Assembly: GCF_051903065.1 (NCBI RefSeq)
Contig: NZ_CP178438.1
Length of the DNA: 64,000 nucleotides
Source: Escherichia coli
GTDB taxonomy: Bacteria > Pseudomonadota > Gammaproteobacteria > Enterobacterales > Enterobacteriaceae
Direction: 5' to 3' (one strand)
The translations under genes were made by a program, and so were the position numbers. Shown here one piece after another: positions 41,094 through 52,486 of this stretch (position 1 is the stretch's first letter; each line of letters begins with the position of its first letter). The notes under the pieces were generated by a model that did no database searches, was not told the origin of the DNA, and saw only the letters and a program-made list of their open reading frames with translations.

Positions 41094-41909
41094 ATGATAT
41101 CATTAAAAGCTCCGCGCAATAATTTGATGCCATATACGCAACAAAGCATACTTAATACGGTTAAAAACAATCAGTTACCAGAGGATATCAAAAGCTCCCT
41201 GGTTTCCTGTGTCGATATATTCAAGGTTTTGATTAAACAATATTATGATTATCCTTATGATTGTCGTGATGATTTAGTCGATGACGACAAACTCATTCAT
41301 CTCATGGCTGCCGTACGAGACTGTGAGTGGTCAGACGATAACGCACTCACCATAAATGTGCAGTTTAATGATTTCCCTGGATTTTATGACTGGATGGATT
41401 ACCCTGATCACCCGGTTAAGTTTGTTTTTCGCATACTTGAAAATCAAAAAGGGACAGTTTGGGTATATGACCAGGATGATGCGTTTCTTGATATTAAAGC
41501 AAATGTGCAGGCTGGACGCTTTACCGGGCTTAAGAAATTAGTGCAGTTTATCAATTCAGTGCGAACAGATTGCAAATGTATTCTTCTTGAACACCATATG
41601 CCTTTGCTGAGACTTTTCCCTAAAGGGAAAGAATGTATGCATGTGGAAAAATGGCTTCGCGAAATGTCGTCTATTCCAGAGACAGACGCGCCCATTAAGC
41701 AGGCGCTTGCGCATGGATTATTATTACACTTAAAAAATATCTACCCTGTTTTTCCTGAATCACTGGTGATGTTATTGCTCTCTGTTCTGGACGTAAAAAC
41801 ATACAGAGATGATGCGCGATTAAATGAATGGATATCTAATAGAGTGCAGGAATTAGGTGACAGATATTATCCTGTAAATAAGCACGTTAAAATCCGCTAC
41901 ACTCTTTAG
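41094..41909 (+). CDS. yahL: uncharacterised protein
   Basis: 271-aa ORF in AT-rich context, K-12 synteny. Confidence 0.7.
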   Translation: MISLKAPRNNLMPYTQQSILNTVKNNQLPEDIKSSLVSCVDIFKVLIKQYYDYPYDCRDDLVDDDKLIHLMAAVRDCEWSDDNALTINVQFNDFPGFYDWMDYPDHPVKFVFRILENQKGTVWVYDQDDAFLDIKANVQAGRFTGLKKLVQFINSVRTDCKCILLEHHMPLLRLFPKGKECMHVEKWLREMSSIPETDAPIKQALAHGLLLHLKNIYPVFPESLVMLLLSVLDVKTYRDDARLNEWISNRVQELGDRYYPVNKHVKIRYTL

Positions 41910-42321
41910 TTCAGAAAGGGTTCCACCTGAAAGTTGTTATTCCACCAGAGAGTGAATGGCAATGCAGGTAATCATTTCATCTGTATATCTGTATGCCAAC
42001 TGGCATTCCATCTCTTTTTTCGCCGATATTTTGTTGTGATCGGCGACACTTCGCTTAAAAAAGCACCAGCAGTGGTTTCGCAGCTATGCGGTGTATAAAA
42101 AATGATCTCATGCAGATGTTTTGTGAATGTGTGGGTTGACATTCATATGAAAAAAATCATAATTCCATCATGTTTGTGTGGGGTCTTTTCTGTATCTTAC
42201 GCATCGCACTCAAGCCTGACAGAAAATATGCTGTAAGGCTCATATCAAAAACCGCCATTAGCTCATCAGGAAGAGCAGACGACAACCAGGATTGTTGTAT
42301 GGTACGGGGTTCGAGGCCTCG

Positions 42322-42567
42322 ATGGCGGTCCAACTTTTCAAAACTCTTCTGAATCAGATCCCCTTATTATCATCCCTGCAAAGTGGAACATTGCCATTGT
42401 TTGGCTATTCAGGACGGGTCAGACCAATGAAAAAAGCCCACACAGGGGAGAGTGGGCTGAAATGGGAAGCTAAAGACTCAAGTAAACTTATCGGAAATAA
42501 GGACCACGCATTACGGGGGCTATCATCGCCGATGGTCGGGATTCGGCAAATCAGGTTGATTACGTAG
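42322..42567 (+). CDS. yahM: small uncharacterised protein (81 aa)
   Basis: ATG at 42322 inside ORF 42292-42567 gives 81 aa, the size I recall for YahM; assignment by position and size only. Confidence 0.4.
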   Translation: MAVQLFKTLLNQIPLLSSLQSGTLPLFGYSGRVRPMKKAHTGESGLKWEAKDSSKLIGNKDHALRGLSSPMVGIRQIRLIT

Positions 42568-42583
42568 AGAGTAAATTATCTGC

Positions 42584-43255
42584 TCACCGCTGCGTCACCC
42601 CTTCGTAAATCAGGCGTAGCGCGAATACACCAATAATTGCACCAATAACCCGACTGGCAACGCGTTGCATACGCCCATAAGCACGACGCACAGCGGGCAA
42701 AGAAAACGCCTGACTAAGAAAAACTCGCCAGATAATTGATGCGAGCACAATCCCCGCCCAGGCCATTAAACGTGCCCATGTTGGTGTTTCGGCATTTAAT
42801 GTTACTGAGAAAATACTGATAAAAAATAAAACGGTTTGCGGGTTAGAGAGATCGGTAATTAATCCACGGCGAAAAAAGACATACCAGGGGGCGCTAATCG
42901 GTTGTTGTAGTGTGCTCATTTGCGGTGTTGACTGGCGGCGCATGCTGCACCACGCAAACCATAAGAGATAAGCGCCGCCGACGATTCTGATAAGCGAGAA
43001 AATCTCCTCACACTGCGTAATTAGCGTTGCAAGACCAAACAAACCCAATCCGGAATAAAATGCATCGCCCAGCGCCACGCCCAGCCCGGTCAGCACCCCT
43101 GCGCGTCGACCGGAAGCCAGGCTGGTTTGTACTACCACAAAGAGATTGGCTCCCGGATTAAAAAAAGTAATCACGAACAGTCCTACGGTCAGGTAAACGG
43201 CATGCAAAGGATCCATAGTGATTTCATCCATAAATAAGTGAACTAACTGCATCAT
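42584..43255 (-). CDS. yahN: LysE/RhtB-family amino-acid exporter
   Basis: 223-aa hydrophobic ORF, K-12 synteny. Confidence 0.85.
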   Translation of the reverse strand: MMQLVHLFMDEITMDPLHAVYLTVGLFVITFFNPGANLFVVVQTSLASGRRAGVLTGLGVALGDAFYSGLGLFGLATLITQCEEIFSLIRIVGGAYLLWFAWCSMRRQSTPQMSTLQQPISAPWYVFFRRGLITDLSNPQTVLFFISIFSVTLNAETPTWARLMAWAGIVLASIIWRVFLSQAFSLPAVRRAYGRMQRVASRVIGAIIGVFALRLIYEGVTQR

Positions 43256-43401
43256 ATTTCTACCAAAAATAATCGGGTGCGAGAGAGATCACAAAGTGTC
43301 TTATTTCCGGTTACTGGCGTTTATGCCCTGACTGAACTAATTATTAATCAACCCAATAATGTGGGTGGGTGATAGTGTGATAACAACTCTGGAGCCGTAA
43401 T

Positions 43402-43677
43402 ATGAAAATAATCTCTAAAATGTTAGTCGGTGCGTTGGCGTTTGCCGTTACCAATGTCTATGCCGCTGAATTGATGACTAAAGCGGAATTTGAAAAAGTC
43501 GAATCGCAATATGAAAAAATAGGTGATATTTCAACCAGCAATGAAATGTCGACCGCAGACGCGAAAGAGGATTTGATCAAAAAAGCGGATGAAAAAGGGG
43601 CTGATGTGTTGGTACTGACCTCCGGTCAAACTGACAATAAGATCCACGGCACGGCGGATATTTATAAGAAGAAGTAA
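43402..43677 (+). CDS. yahO: periplasmic YdgH/BhsA/McbA-family (DUF1471) protein
   Basis: 91-aa ORF with N-terminal signal peptide ([21 protein letters not shown]). Confidence 0.8.
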   Translation: MKIISKMLVGALAFAVTNVYAAELMTKAEFEKVESQYEKIGDISTSNEMSTADAKEDLIKKADEKGADVLVLTSGQTDNKIHGTADIYKKK

Positions 43678-43706
43678 TTCTGAACCCTATGTAAACATCC
43701 CCGATG

Positions 43707-44763
43707 GGCTTTGTTGAATAAATCGAACTTTTGCTGAGTTGAAGGATCAGATCACGTATCTTCCCGACAACGCAGACCGTTCCGTGGCAAAGCAAAAGTT
43801 CAAAATCACCAACTGGCCCACCTACAATAAAGCCCTCATCAACCGTGGCTCCATAACTTTCTGGCTGGATGATGAAGCTATTCAGGCCTGGTATGAGTCA
43901 GCAACACCTTCTTCACGAGGCAGACCTCAGCGCTATTCTGACCTTGCCATCACGACTGTGCTGGTCATTAAACGCGTATTCAGGCTGACCCTGCGCGCTG
44001 CGCAGGGCTTTATTGATTCCATTTTTTCTCTGATGAACGTTCCGCTACGCTGCCCGGATTACAGCTGTGTCAGCAGGCGGGCAAAGTCGGTTAATGTCAG
44101 TTTCAAAACGCCCACCCGGGGTGAAATCGCACACCTGGTAATTGATTCCACCGGGCTGAAGGTCTTCGGTGAAGGCGAGTGGAAAGTCAAAAAGCATGGC
44201 CAGGAACGCCGCCGTATCTGGCGTAAGCTGCATCTCGCCGTTGACAGTAAAACACATGAAATCATCTGCGCTGACCTGTCGCTGAACAACGTTACGGACT
44301 CAGAGGCCTTCCCCGGGTTAATCCGGCAAACCCACCGGAAAATCAGGTCAGCCGCCGCCGATGGCGCTTACGATACCCGGCTATGTCACGATGAACTGCG
44401 GCGTAAGAAAATCAGCGCGCTTATCCCTCCCCGAAAAGGTGCGGGTTACTGGCCCGGTGAATATGCAGACCGTAACCGTGCAGTGGCTAATCAGCGAATG
44501 ACCGGGAGTAATGCGCGGTGGAAATGGACAACAGATTACAACCGTCGCTCGATAGCGGAAACGGCGATGTACCGGGTAAAACAGCTGTTCGGGGGTTCAC
44601 TGACACTGCGTGACTACGATGGTCAGGTTGCAGAGGCTATGGCCCTGGTACGAGCGCTGAACAAAATGACGAAAGCAGGTATGCCTGAAAGCGTGCGTAT
44701 TGCCTGAAAACACAACCCGCTACGGGGGAGACTTACCCGAAATCTGATTTATTCAACAAAGCC
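43707..44763 (+). mobile_element. IS903-type insertion sequence (IS5 family, 1057 bp) with 9-bp target-site duplication TCCCCGATG
   Basis: 18-bp terminal inverted repeats GGCTTTGTTGAATAAATC at 43707-43724 and 44746-44763; identical 9-mers at 43698-43706 and 44764-44772; left-end sequence matches the remembered Tn903/IS903 end. Confidence 0.85.
43784..44707 (+). CDS. IS903-type DDE transposase (GTG start, 307 aa)
   Basis: ORF 43739-44707; GTG at 43784 gives the 307-aa length I recall for IS903 transposase. Confidence 0.8.
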   Translation: MAKQKFKITNWPTYNKALINRGSITFWLDDEAIQAWYESATPSSRGRPQRYSDLAITTVLVIKRVFRLTLRAAQGFIDSIFSLMNVPLRCPDYSCVSRRAKSVNVSFKTPTRGEIAHLVIDSTGLKVFGEGEWKVKKHGQERRRIWRKLHLAVDSKTHEIICADLSLNNVTDSEAFPGLIRQTHRKIRSAAADGAYDTRLCHDELRRKKISALIPPRKGAGYWPGEYADRNRAVANQRMTGSNARWKWTTDYNRRSIAETAMYRVKQLFGGSLTLRDYDGQVAEAMALVRALNKMTKAGMPESVRIA

Positions 44764-44840
44764 TCCCCGATGCGTAAGTTTATCGGTGATCATCTATTGA
44801 AATTTATGCCGGATAAAGCGTTCGCGCTGCATTCGGCAGT

Positions 44841-46427
44841 TCAGCTTTTCAGCCGCCGCCAGAACGTCGTCCGGCTGATGCCTAAATAATTCGCCGCTGC
44901 TGTTTTATCGCCATTAAATTTCTCCAGTGCCTGTTGTGGTGTCAGTAAGCGTGGAGCGGGAGTTTTCGCCGACTCGCGCGCCAGTTCCGGCAGTAGCAGC
45001 TGCAAAAATTGCGGCGTTAAATCCGGCGTCGGTTCCACACTTAAAAATAGCGCCAGTCGCTCCATCATATTGCGCAGTTCACGAATATTGCCCGGCCAGT
45101 CGTAGTGCATCAGCACGGTTTCGCTTGCCTGTAATCCCTGGCGTAATGCGGCAGAAAACGGGGCGGAGAGCGCCGCCAGAGACACTTTCAAAAAGCTTTC
45201 CGCCAGCGGAAGAATATCCGCCACCCGCTCGCGGAGTGGTGGCAATTGCAGACGCAAAATACTCAGCCGATAAAACAGATCACGGCGAAAACGTCCTTGC
45301 TGCATATCTTCTTCCAGATTGCAGTGAGTGGCGCTAATGACCCGTACATCTACCGGAACAGGCTGATGCCCGCCGACGCGGGTGACCTCTTTTTCTTCCA
45401 GCACCCGTAACAGGCGAGTCTGCAAAGGTAGCGGCATTTCGCCAATCTCATCCAAAAACAGCGTGCCACCGTGGGCGATTTCAAACAGCCCGGCACGACC
45501 TCCGCGTCGCGAGCCGGTAAACGCCCCTTCCTCATAGCCAAACAGCTCCGCTTCCAGCAGCGATTCGGCAATCGCCCCGCAGTTGACGGCAACAAACGGA
45601 TGCGACTTTTTGCCCTGTCGCGCATCGTGGCGGGCAAAATATTCCCGATGAATTGCCTGGGCCGCCAGCTCTTTGCCCGTCCCCGTTTCCCCCTCAATCA
45701 ACACCGCTGCACTGGAGCGGGCATACAGCAAAATAGTCTGCCGTACTTGTTCCATCTGTGGTGATTGACCGAGCATATCGCCCAGCACGTAACGAGTTCT
45801 CAGGGCGTTGCGGGTGGCATCGTGAGTGTTATGGCGTAACGACATGCGCGTCATATCCAGCGCATCGCTGAACGCCTGGCGCACGGTGGCGGCGGAATAG
45901 ATAAAAATTCCGGTCATTCCGGCTTCTTCTGCCAGATCGGTAATCAGCCCCGCACCGACCACCGCTTCGGTGCCGTTAGCTTTTAGCTCGTTAATCTGCC
46001 CGCGTGCGTCTTCCTCGGTAATGTAGCTACGTTGATCGAGGCGCAAATTAAAGGTTTTTTGAAACGCCACCAGTGCCGGAATAGTTTCCTGATAAGTGAC
46101 AACGCCGATAGAAGAGGTGAGCTTTCCGGCTTTTGCCAGTGCCTGTAACACATCGTAGCCGCTCGGTTTAATCAAAATAACTGGCACTGACAGGCGGCTT
46201 TTCAGGTACGCGCCGTTAGAGCCAGCAGCGATGATGGCGTCACAGCGTTCGTTTGCCAGTTTCTTGCGGATGTAGGTCACTGCTTTTTCAAAGCCAAGCT
46301 GAATAGGGGTAATGTTCGCCAGGTGATCAAACTCGAGGCTGATATCGCGAAACAGCTCGAACAGGCGCGTTACAGATACCGTCCAGATAACCGGTTTGTC
46401 GTCATTCAGCCGTGGTGGATGTGCCAT
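44841..46427 (-). CDS. prpR: sigma54-dependent activator of propionate catabolism
   Basis: Translation from [16 protein letters not shown] matches PrpR; AAA+ sigma54-interaction domain ([14 protein letters not shown]). Confidence 0.9.
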   Translation of the reverse strand: MAHPPRLNDDKPVIWTVSVTRLFELFRDISLEFDHLANITPIQLGFEKAVTYIRKKLANERCDAIIAAGSNGAYLKSRLSVPVILIKPSGYDVLQALAKAGKLTSSIGVVTYQETIPALVAFQKTFNLRLDQRSYITEEDARGQINELKANGTEAVVGAGLITDLAEEAGMTGIFIYSAATVRQAFSDALDMTRMSLRHNTHDATRNALRTRYVLGDMLGQSPQMEQVRQTILLYARSSAAVLIEGETGTGKELAAQAIHREYFARHDARQGKKSHPFVAVNCGAIAESLLEAELFGYEEGAFTGSRRGGRAGLFEIAHGGTLFLDEIGEMPLPLQTRLLRVLEEKEVTRVGGHQPVPVDVRVISATHCNLEEDMQQGRFRRDLFYRLSILRLQLPPLRERVADILPLAESFLKVSLAALSAPFSAALRQGLQASETVLMHYDWPGNIRELRNMMERLALFLSVEPTPDLTPQFLQLLLPELARESAKTPAPRLLTPQQALEKFNGDKTAAANYLGISRTTFWRRLKS

Positions 46428-46613
46428 AGCGCACCGCAAAGTTAAGAAACCGAATATTGGGTTTAGTCTTGTTTCATAATTGTTGCAATGAAACGCGGTG
46501 AAACATTGCCTGAAACGTTAACTGAAACGCATATTTGCGGATTAGTTCATGACTTTATCTCTAACAAATTGAAATTAAAGATTTAATTTTATTAAGGCAA
46601 TTGTGGCACACCC

Positions 46614-46629
46614 CTTGCTTTGTGTTTAT
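46614..46629 (+). promoter_or_regulatory. sigma54 promoter of prpBCDE
   Basis: TGGCAC-N5-TTGC match to the -24/-12 consensus, about 40 bp upstream of prpB start. Confidence 0.6.
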
Positions 46630-46665
46630 CAACGCAAATAACAAGTTGATAACAAAGGATGGGCT

Positions 46666-47556
46666 ATGTCTCTACACTCCCCAGGTAAAGTGTTTCGCGC
46701 TGCACTGACTAAAGAAAATCCATTGCAGATTGTTGGCACCATTAACGCCAACCATGCGCTGTTGGCGCAGCGTGCCGGATATCAGGCAATTTATCTCTCC
46801 GGCGGTGGCGTGGCGGCAGGGTCGCTGGGGCTGCCCGATCTCGGTATTTCTACCCTTGATGATGTGCTGACCGACATTCGCCGTATCACCGACGTTTGTT
46901 CGCTGCCGCTGCTGGTGGATGCGGATATCGGTTTTGGTTCTTCGGCCTTTAACGTGGCGCGCACCGTGAAATCGATGATTAAAGCTGGTGCGGCAGGATT
47001 GCATATTGAAGATCAGGTTGGTGCGAAACGCTGCGGTCATCGTCCGAATAAAGCGATCGTCTCGAAAGAGGAGATGGTGGATCGGATCCGCGCGGCGGTG
47101 GATGCGAAAACCGATCCTGATTTTGTGATCATGGCGCGCACCGATGCGCTGGCGGTAGAGGGGCTGGATGCGGCGATCGAGCGTGCGCAGGCCTATGTTG
47201 AAGCGGGTGCCGAGATGTTGTTCCCGGAGGCGATTACCGAACTCGCCATGTACCGCCAGTTTGCCGATGCGGTGCAGGTGCCGATCCTCGCCAATATTAC
47301 CGAATTTGGTGCCACGCCGCTGTTTACCACCGACGAATTACGCAGCGCCCATGTCGCAATGGCGCTGTACCCGCTTTCAGCGTTCCGCGCCATGAACCGC
47401 GCCGCTGAACATGTCTACAACGTCCTGCGCCAGGAAGGCACGCAGAAAAGCGTCATCGACACCATGCAAACCCGCAACGAGCTGTACGAAAGCATCAACT
47501 ACTACCAGTACGAAGAGAAGCTCGACGACCTGTTTGCCCGTAACCAGGTGAAATAA
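46666..47556 (+). CDS. prpB: 2-methylisocitrate lyase
   Basis: 296-aa ORF matching PrpB. Confidence 0.9.
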   Translation: MSLHSPGKVFRAALTKENPLQIVGTINANHALLAQRAGYQAIYLSGGGVAAGSLGLPDLGISTLDDVLTDIRRITDVCSLPLLVDADIGFGSSAFNVARTVKSMIKAGAAGLHIEDQVGAKRCGHRPNKAIVSKEEMVDRIRAAVDAKTDPDFVIMARTDALAVEGLDAAIERAQAYVEAGAEMLFPEAITELAMYRQFADAVQVPILANITEFGATPLFTTDELRSAHVAMALYPLSAFRAMNRAAEHVYNVLRQEGTQKSVIDTMQTRNELYESINYYQYEEKLDDLFARNQVK

Positions 47557-47569
47557 TAAACGCCCGTTG

Positions 47570-47868
47570 GTTGTATTCGACAACCGATGCCTGATGCGCC
47601 GCTGACGCGACTTATCAGGCCTACGGGGTGTACTGAACTGTAGGTCGGATAAGACGCATGGCGTCGCATCCGACAACCGATGCCTGATGCGTCGCTGACG
47701 CGACTTATCAGGCCTACGGGGTGAACTGAACTGTAGGTCGGATAAGACGCATGGCGTCGCATCCGACAACCGATGCCTGATGCGCCGCTGACGCGGCTTA
47801 TCAGGCCTACGGGGTGTACTGAACTGTAGGTCGGATAAGACGCATGGCGTCGCATCCGACAACAATCT
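47570..47868. repeat. tandem REP/BIME array, about 3 units
   Basis: Three about 100-bp tandem units containing GCCTGATGCGCCGCTGACGCGACTTATCAGGCCTAC and GTAGGTCGGATAAGACGCATGGCGTCGCATCCGAC. Confidence 0.8.
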
Positions 47869-47902
47869 CGACCCTACAAATGATAACAATGACGAGGACA
47901 AT

Positions 47903-49072
47903 ATGAGCGACACAACGATCCTGCAAAACAGTACCCATGTCATTAAACCGAAAAAATCTGTGGCGCTTTCTGGCGTTCCGGCGGGCAATACGGCGCTCTG
48001 CACCGTGGGTAAAAGTGGCAATGACTTGCATTACCGTGGCTACGATATTCTTGATCTGGCGGAACATTGCGAATTTGAAGAAGTGGCGCATCTGCTGATC
48101 CACGGCAAACTGCCGACCCGTGACGAACTCGCCGCCTACAAAACAAAACTGAAAGCCCTGCGCGGTTTACCGGCTAACGTACGTACCGTGCTGGAAGCCT
48201 TACCGGCGGCGTCACACCCGATGGATGTTATGCGCACCGGCGTTTCCGCGCTCGGCTGCACGCTGCCAGAAAAAGAGGGGCATACCGTCTCTGGCGCGCG
48301 GGATATTGCCGACAAACTGCTGGCATCACTTAGCTCGATTCTCCTTTATTGGTATCACTACAGCCATAACGGCGAACGTATCCAGCCGGAAACCGATGAC
48401 GACTCCATCGGCGGTCACTTCCTGCATCTGCTGCATGGCGAAAAGCCATCGCAAAGCTGGGAAAAGGCGATGCATATTTCGCTGGTGCTGTACGCCGAAC
48501 ATGAGTTTAACGCCTCCACCTTTACCAGCCGGGTGATTGCAGGCACCGGCTCTGATATGTATTCCGCGATTATTGGCGCGATTGGCGCACTACGCGGGCC
48601 AAAACACGGCGGGGCGAATGAAGTGTCGCTGGAGATCCAGCAACGCTACGAAACGCCGGACGAAGCCGAAGCAGATATCCGCAAGCGGGTGGAAAACAAA
48701 GAAGTGGTCATTGGTTTTGGTCATCCGGTTTATACCATCGCCGACCCGCGTCATCAGGTGATTAAACGTGTGGCCAAGCAGCTCTCGCAGGAAGGCGGCT
48801 CGCTGAAGATGTACAACATCGCCGATCGCCTGGAAACGGTGATGTGGGAGAGCAAAAAGATGTTCCCCAATCTCGACTGGTTCTCCGCTGTTTCCTACAA
48901 CATGATGGGCGTTCCCACCGAGATGTTCACACCACTGTTTGTTATCGCTCGCGTCACCGGCTGGGCGGCGCACATTATCGAACAACGTCAGGACAACAAA
49001 ATTATCCGTCCTTCCGCCAATTATGTTGGACCGGAAGACCGCCAGTTTGTCGCGCTGGATAAGCGCCAGTAA
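47903..49072 (+). CDS. prpC: 2-methylcitrate synthase
   Basis: 389-aa ORF matching PrpC, citrate synthase family. Confidence 0.9.
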   Translation: MSDTTILQNSTHVIKPKKSVALSGVPAGNTALCTVGKSGNDLHYRGYDILDLAEHCEFEEVAHLLIHGKLPTRDELAAYKTKLKALRGLPANVRTVLEALPAASHPMDVMRTGVSALGCTLPEKEGHTVSGARDIADKLLASLSSILLYWYHYSHNGERIQPETDDDSIGGHFLHLLHGEKPSQSWEKAMHISLVLYAEHEFNASTFTSRVIAGTGSDMYSAIIGAIGALRGPKHGGANEVSLEIQQRYETPDEAEADIRKRVENKEVVIGFGHPVYTIADPRHQVIKRVAKQLSQEGGSLKMYNIADRLETVMWESKKMFPNLDWFSAVSYNMMGVPTEMFTPLFVIARVTGWAAHIIEQRQDNKIIRPSANYVGPEDRQFVALDKRQ

Positions 49073-49105
49073 ACCTCTACGAATAACAATAAGGAAATGT
49101 ACCCA

Positions 49106-50557
49106 ATGTCAGCTCAAATCAACAACATCCGCCCGGAATTTGATCGTGAAATCGTTGATATCGTCGATTACGTCATGAACTACGAAATCAGCTCTAAAGT
49201 GGCCTACGACACCGCACATTACTGCCTGCTCGACACGCTCGGCTGCGGTCTGGAAGCTCTCGAATACCCGGCCTGTAAAAAACTGCTGGGGCCAATTGTT
49301 CCGGGCACCGTCGTACCCAACGGCGTGCGCGTCCCCGGAACTCAGTTCCAGCTCGACCCCGTCCAGGCGGCATTTAACATCGGCGCGATGATCCGCTGGC
49401 TCGATTTCAACGATACCTGGCTTGCGGCAGAGTGGGGCCATCCTTCCGACAATCTCGGCGGCATTCTGGCAACGGCGGACTGGCTTTCGCGCAACGCGGT
49501 CGCCAGCGGCAAAGCGCCGTTGACCATGAAACAGGTGCTGACCGGAATGATTAAAGCCCATGAAATTCAGGGCTGCATCGCGCTGGAAAACTCCTTTAAC
49601 CGCGTCGGCCTCGACCACGTTCTGTTAGTGAAAGTGGCTTCCACCGCTGTGGTTGCTGAAATGCTCGGCCTGACTCGCGAGGAAATCCTCAATGCCGTTT
49701 CGCTGGCGTGGGTAGACGGTCAGTCGTTGCGCACCTATCGTCATGCGCCGAACACCGGCACGCGTAAATCCTGGGCGGCGGGCGATGCTACCTCCCGCGC
49801 GGTACGTCTGGCACTGATGGCGAAAACGGGCGAAATGGGTTACCCGTCAGCCCTGACCGCGCCGGTATGGGGCTTCTACGACGTCTCCTTTAAAGGTGAA
49901 TCGTTCCGCTTCCAGCGTCCGTACGGTTCTTACGTGATGGAAAATGTGCTGTTCAAAATCTCCTTCCCGGCGGAGTTCCACTCCCAGACGGCAGTTGAAG
50001 CAGCGATGACGCTCTATGAACAGATGCAGGCAGCAGGCAAAACGGCGGCGGATATCGAAAAAGTGACCATTCGCACCCACGAAGCCTGTATTCGCATCAT
50101 CGACAAAAAGGGGCCGCTCAATAACCCGGCAGACCGCGACCACTGCATTCAGTACATGGTGGCGATCCCACTGCTGTTCGGGCGCTTAACGGCGGCAGAT
50201 TACGAAGACAACGTTGCGCAAGATAAACGCATCGACACCCTGCGCGAGAAGATCAATTGCTTTGAAGATCCGTCATTTACCGCTGACTACCACGACCCGG
50301 AAAAACGCGCTATTGCCAATGCCATAACCCTTGAGTTCACCGACGGCACGCGCTTTGAAGAAGTGGTGGTGGAGTACCCAATTGGTCATGCTCGCCGCCG
50401 TCAGGATGGCATTCCGAAGCTGGTAGATAAATTCAAAATCAATCTCGCGCGCCAGTTCCCGACTCGCCAGCAGCAGCGCATTCTGGAGGTTTCTCTCGAC
50501 AGAGCTCGCCTGGAACAGATGCCGGTCAATGAGTATCTCGACCTGTACGTCATTTAA
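49106..50557 (+). CDS. prpD: 2-methylcitrate dehydratase
   Basis: Translation from [12 protein letters not shown] matches PrpD. Confidence 0.9.
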   Translation: MSAQINNIRPEFDREIVDIVDYVMNYEISSKVAYDTAHYCLLDTLGCGLEALEYPACKKLLGPIVPGTVVPNGVRVPGTQFQLDPVQAAFNIGAMIRWLDFNDTWLAAEWGHPSDNLGGILATADWLSRNAVASGKAPLTMKQVLTGMIKAHEIQGCIALENSFNRVGLDHVLLVKVASTAVVAEMLGLTREEILNAVSLAWVDGQSLRTYRHAPNTGTRKSWAAGDATSRAVRLALMAKTGEMGYPSALTAPVWGFYDVSFKGESFRFQRPYGSYVMENVLFKISFPAEFHSQTAVEAAMTLYEQMQAAGKTAADIEKVTIRTHEACIRIIDKKGPLNNPADRDHCIQYMVAIPLLFGRLTAADYEDNVAQDKRIDTLREKINCFEDPSFTADYHDPEKRAIANAITLEFTDGTRFEEVVVEYPIGHARRRQDGIPKLVDKFKINLARQFPTRQQQRILEVSLDRARLEQMPVNEYLDLYVI

Positions 50558-50596
50558 GTAAACGGCGGTAAGGCGTAAGTTCAACAGGAGAGCATT

Positions 50597-52483
50597 ATGT
50601 CTTTTAGCGAATTTTATCAGCGTTCGATTAACGAACCGGAGCAGTTCTGGGCCGAGCAGGCCCGGCGTATTGACTGGCAGACGCCCTTTACGCAAACGCT
50701 CGATCACAGCAATCCGCCGTTTGCCCGTTGGTTTTGTGAAGGCCGAACCAACTTGTGCCACAACGCTATCGACCGCTGGCTGGAGAAACAACCAGAGGCG
50801 CTGGCGCTGATTGCCGTCTCTTCGGAAACAGAAGAAGAGCGCACCTTTACCTTTCGCCAGCTGCATGACGAAGTGAACGCGGTGGCGTCAATGCTGCGCT
50901 CGCTGGGCGTGCAGCGTGGCGATCGGGTGCTGGTGTATATGCCGATGATTGCCGAAGCGCATATTACCCTGCTGGCCTGCGCGCGCATTGGCGCTATTCA
51001 CTCGGTGGTGTTTGGTGGATTTGCCTCGCACAGCGTGGCGGCGCGAATTGATGATGCTAAACCGGTGCTGATTGTCTCGGCTGATGCCGGAGCGCGCGGT
51101 GGCAAAATCATTCCCTATAAAAAATTGCTCGACGATGCGATAAGTCAGGCGCAGCACCAGCCACGCCATGTTTTGCTGGTGGATCGCGGGCTGGCGAAAA
51201 TGGCGCGCGTCAGCGGGCGGGATGTCGATTTCGCGTCGTTGCGCCATCAACACATCGGCGCGCGGGTACCGGTGGCGTGGCTGGAATCCAACGAAACCTC
51301 CTGCATTCTCTACACCTCCGGCACGACCGGCAAACCTAAAGGCGTGCAGCGTGACGTCGGCGGATATGCGGTGGCGCTGGCGACCTCGATGGACACCATT
51401 TTTGGCGGCAAAGCGGGCGGTGTGTTCTTTTGTGCTTCGGATATCGGCTGGGTGGTGGGGCATTCGTATATCGTCTACGCGCCGCTGCTGGCGGGGATGG
51501 CGACTATCGTTTACGAAGGATTACCGACCTGGCCGGACTGCGGCGTGTGGTGGAAAATCGTCGAGAAATATCAGGTTAGCCGGATGTTCTCAGCGCCGAC
51601 CGCCATTCGCGTGCTGAAAAAATTCCCTACCGCTGAAATTCGCAAACACGATCTTTCGTCGCTGGAAGTTCTCTATCTGGCGGGGGAGCCGCTGGACGAG
51701 CCGACCGCCAGTTGGGTGAGCAATACGCTGGATGTGCCGGTCATCGACAACTACTGGCAGACCGAATCCGGCTGGCCGATTATGGCGATTGCTCGCGGTC
51801 TGGACGACAGGCCGACGCGTCTGGGAAGCCCCGGCGTGCCGATGTATGGCTATAACGTGCAGTTGCTTAATGAAGTCACCGGCGAACCGTGTGGCGTTAA
51901 CGAGAAAGGGATGCTGGTGGTGGAAGGGCCGCTGCCGCCGGGGTGTATTCAGACCATCTGGGGCGACGACGACCGCTTTGTGAAGACGTACTGGTCGCTG
52001 TTTTCCCGCCCGGTGTACGCCACCTTTGACTGGGGCATCCGCGATGCTGACGGTTATTACTTTATTCTCGGGCGCACTGACGATGTAATTAACGTTGCCG
52101 GGCATCGGCTGGGGACGCGCGAGATTGAAGAGAGTATCTCCAGTCATCCGGGCGTTGCCGAAGTGGCGGTGGTTGGGGTGAAAGATGCGCTGAAAGGGCA
52201 GGTGGCGGTGGCGTTTGTCATTCCGAAAGAGAGCGACAGTCTGGAAGATCGTGATGTGGCGCATTCGCAAGAGAAGGCGATTATGGCGCTGGTGGACAGC
52301 CAGATTGGCAACTTTGGCCGCCCGGCGCACGTCTGGTTTGTCTCGCAATTGCCAAAAACGCGATCCGGAAAAATGCTGCGCCGCACGATCCAGGCGATTT
52401 GCGAAGGACGCGATCCTGGGGATCTGACGACCATTGATGATCCTGCGTCGTTGGATCAGATCCGCCAGGCGATGGAAGAGTAA
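50597..52483 (+). CDS. prpE: propionyl-CoA synthetase
   Basis: 628-aa ORF, AMP-forming acyl-CoA synthetase motifs (YTSGTTGKPKG). Confidence 0.9.
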   Translation: MSFSEFYQRSINEPEQFWAEQARRIDWQTPFTQTLDHSNPPFARWFCEGRTNLCHNAIDRWLEKQPEALALIAVSSETEEERTFTFRQLHDEVNAVASMLRSLGVQRGDRVLVYMPMIAEAHITLLACARIGAIHSVVFGGFASHSVAARIDDAKPVLIVSADAGARGGKIIPYKKLLDDAISQAQHQPRHVLLVDRGLAKMARVSGRDVDFASLRHQHIGARVPVAWLESNETSCILYTSGTTGKPKGVQRDVGGYAVALATSMDTIFGGKAGGVFFCASDIGWVVGHSYIVYAPLLAGMATIVYEGLPTWPDCGVWWKIVEKYQVSRMFSAPTAIRVLKKFPTAEIRKHDLSSLEVLYLAGEPLDEPTASWVSNTLDVPVIDNYWQTESGWPIMAIARGLDDRPTRLGSPGVPMYGYNVQLLNEVTGEPCGVNEKGMLVVEGPLPPGCIQTIWGDDDRFVKTYWSLFSRPVYATFDWGIRDADGYYFILGRTDDVINVAGHRLGTREIEESISSHPGVAEVAVVGVKDALKGQVAVAFVIPKESDSLEDRDVAHSQEKAIMALVDSQIGNFGRPAHVWFVSQLPKTRSGKMLRRTIQAICEGRDPGDLTTIDDPASLDQIRQAMEE

Positions 52484-52486
52484 GGT

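Noticed and set aside
42170-42352. 60-aa ORF as an alternative candidate for yahM
   Set aside because: No RBS and not the expected 81-aa length; the overlapping frame starting at 42322 fits better, though that call is itself low-confidence.
43739-44707. Calling the transposase IS5 (InsH)
   Set aside because: The protein and terminal repeats do not match IS5; element length (1057 bp), the 18-bp inverted repeats and the 9-bp duplication match the IS903 group.
47377-48021. Minus-strand ORFs of 214 and 117 aa spanning the prpB-prpC intergenic region
   Set aside because: Produced by reading through the REP array; they overlap the 3' end of prpB and the 5' end of prpC on the opposite strand.
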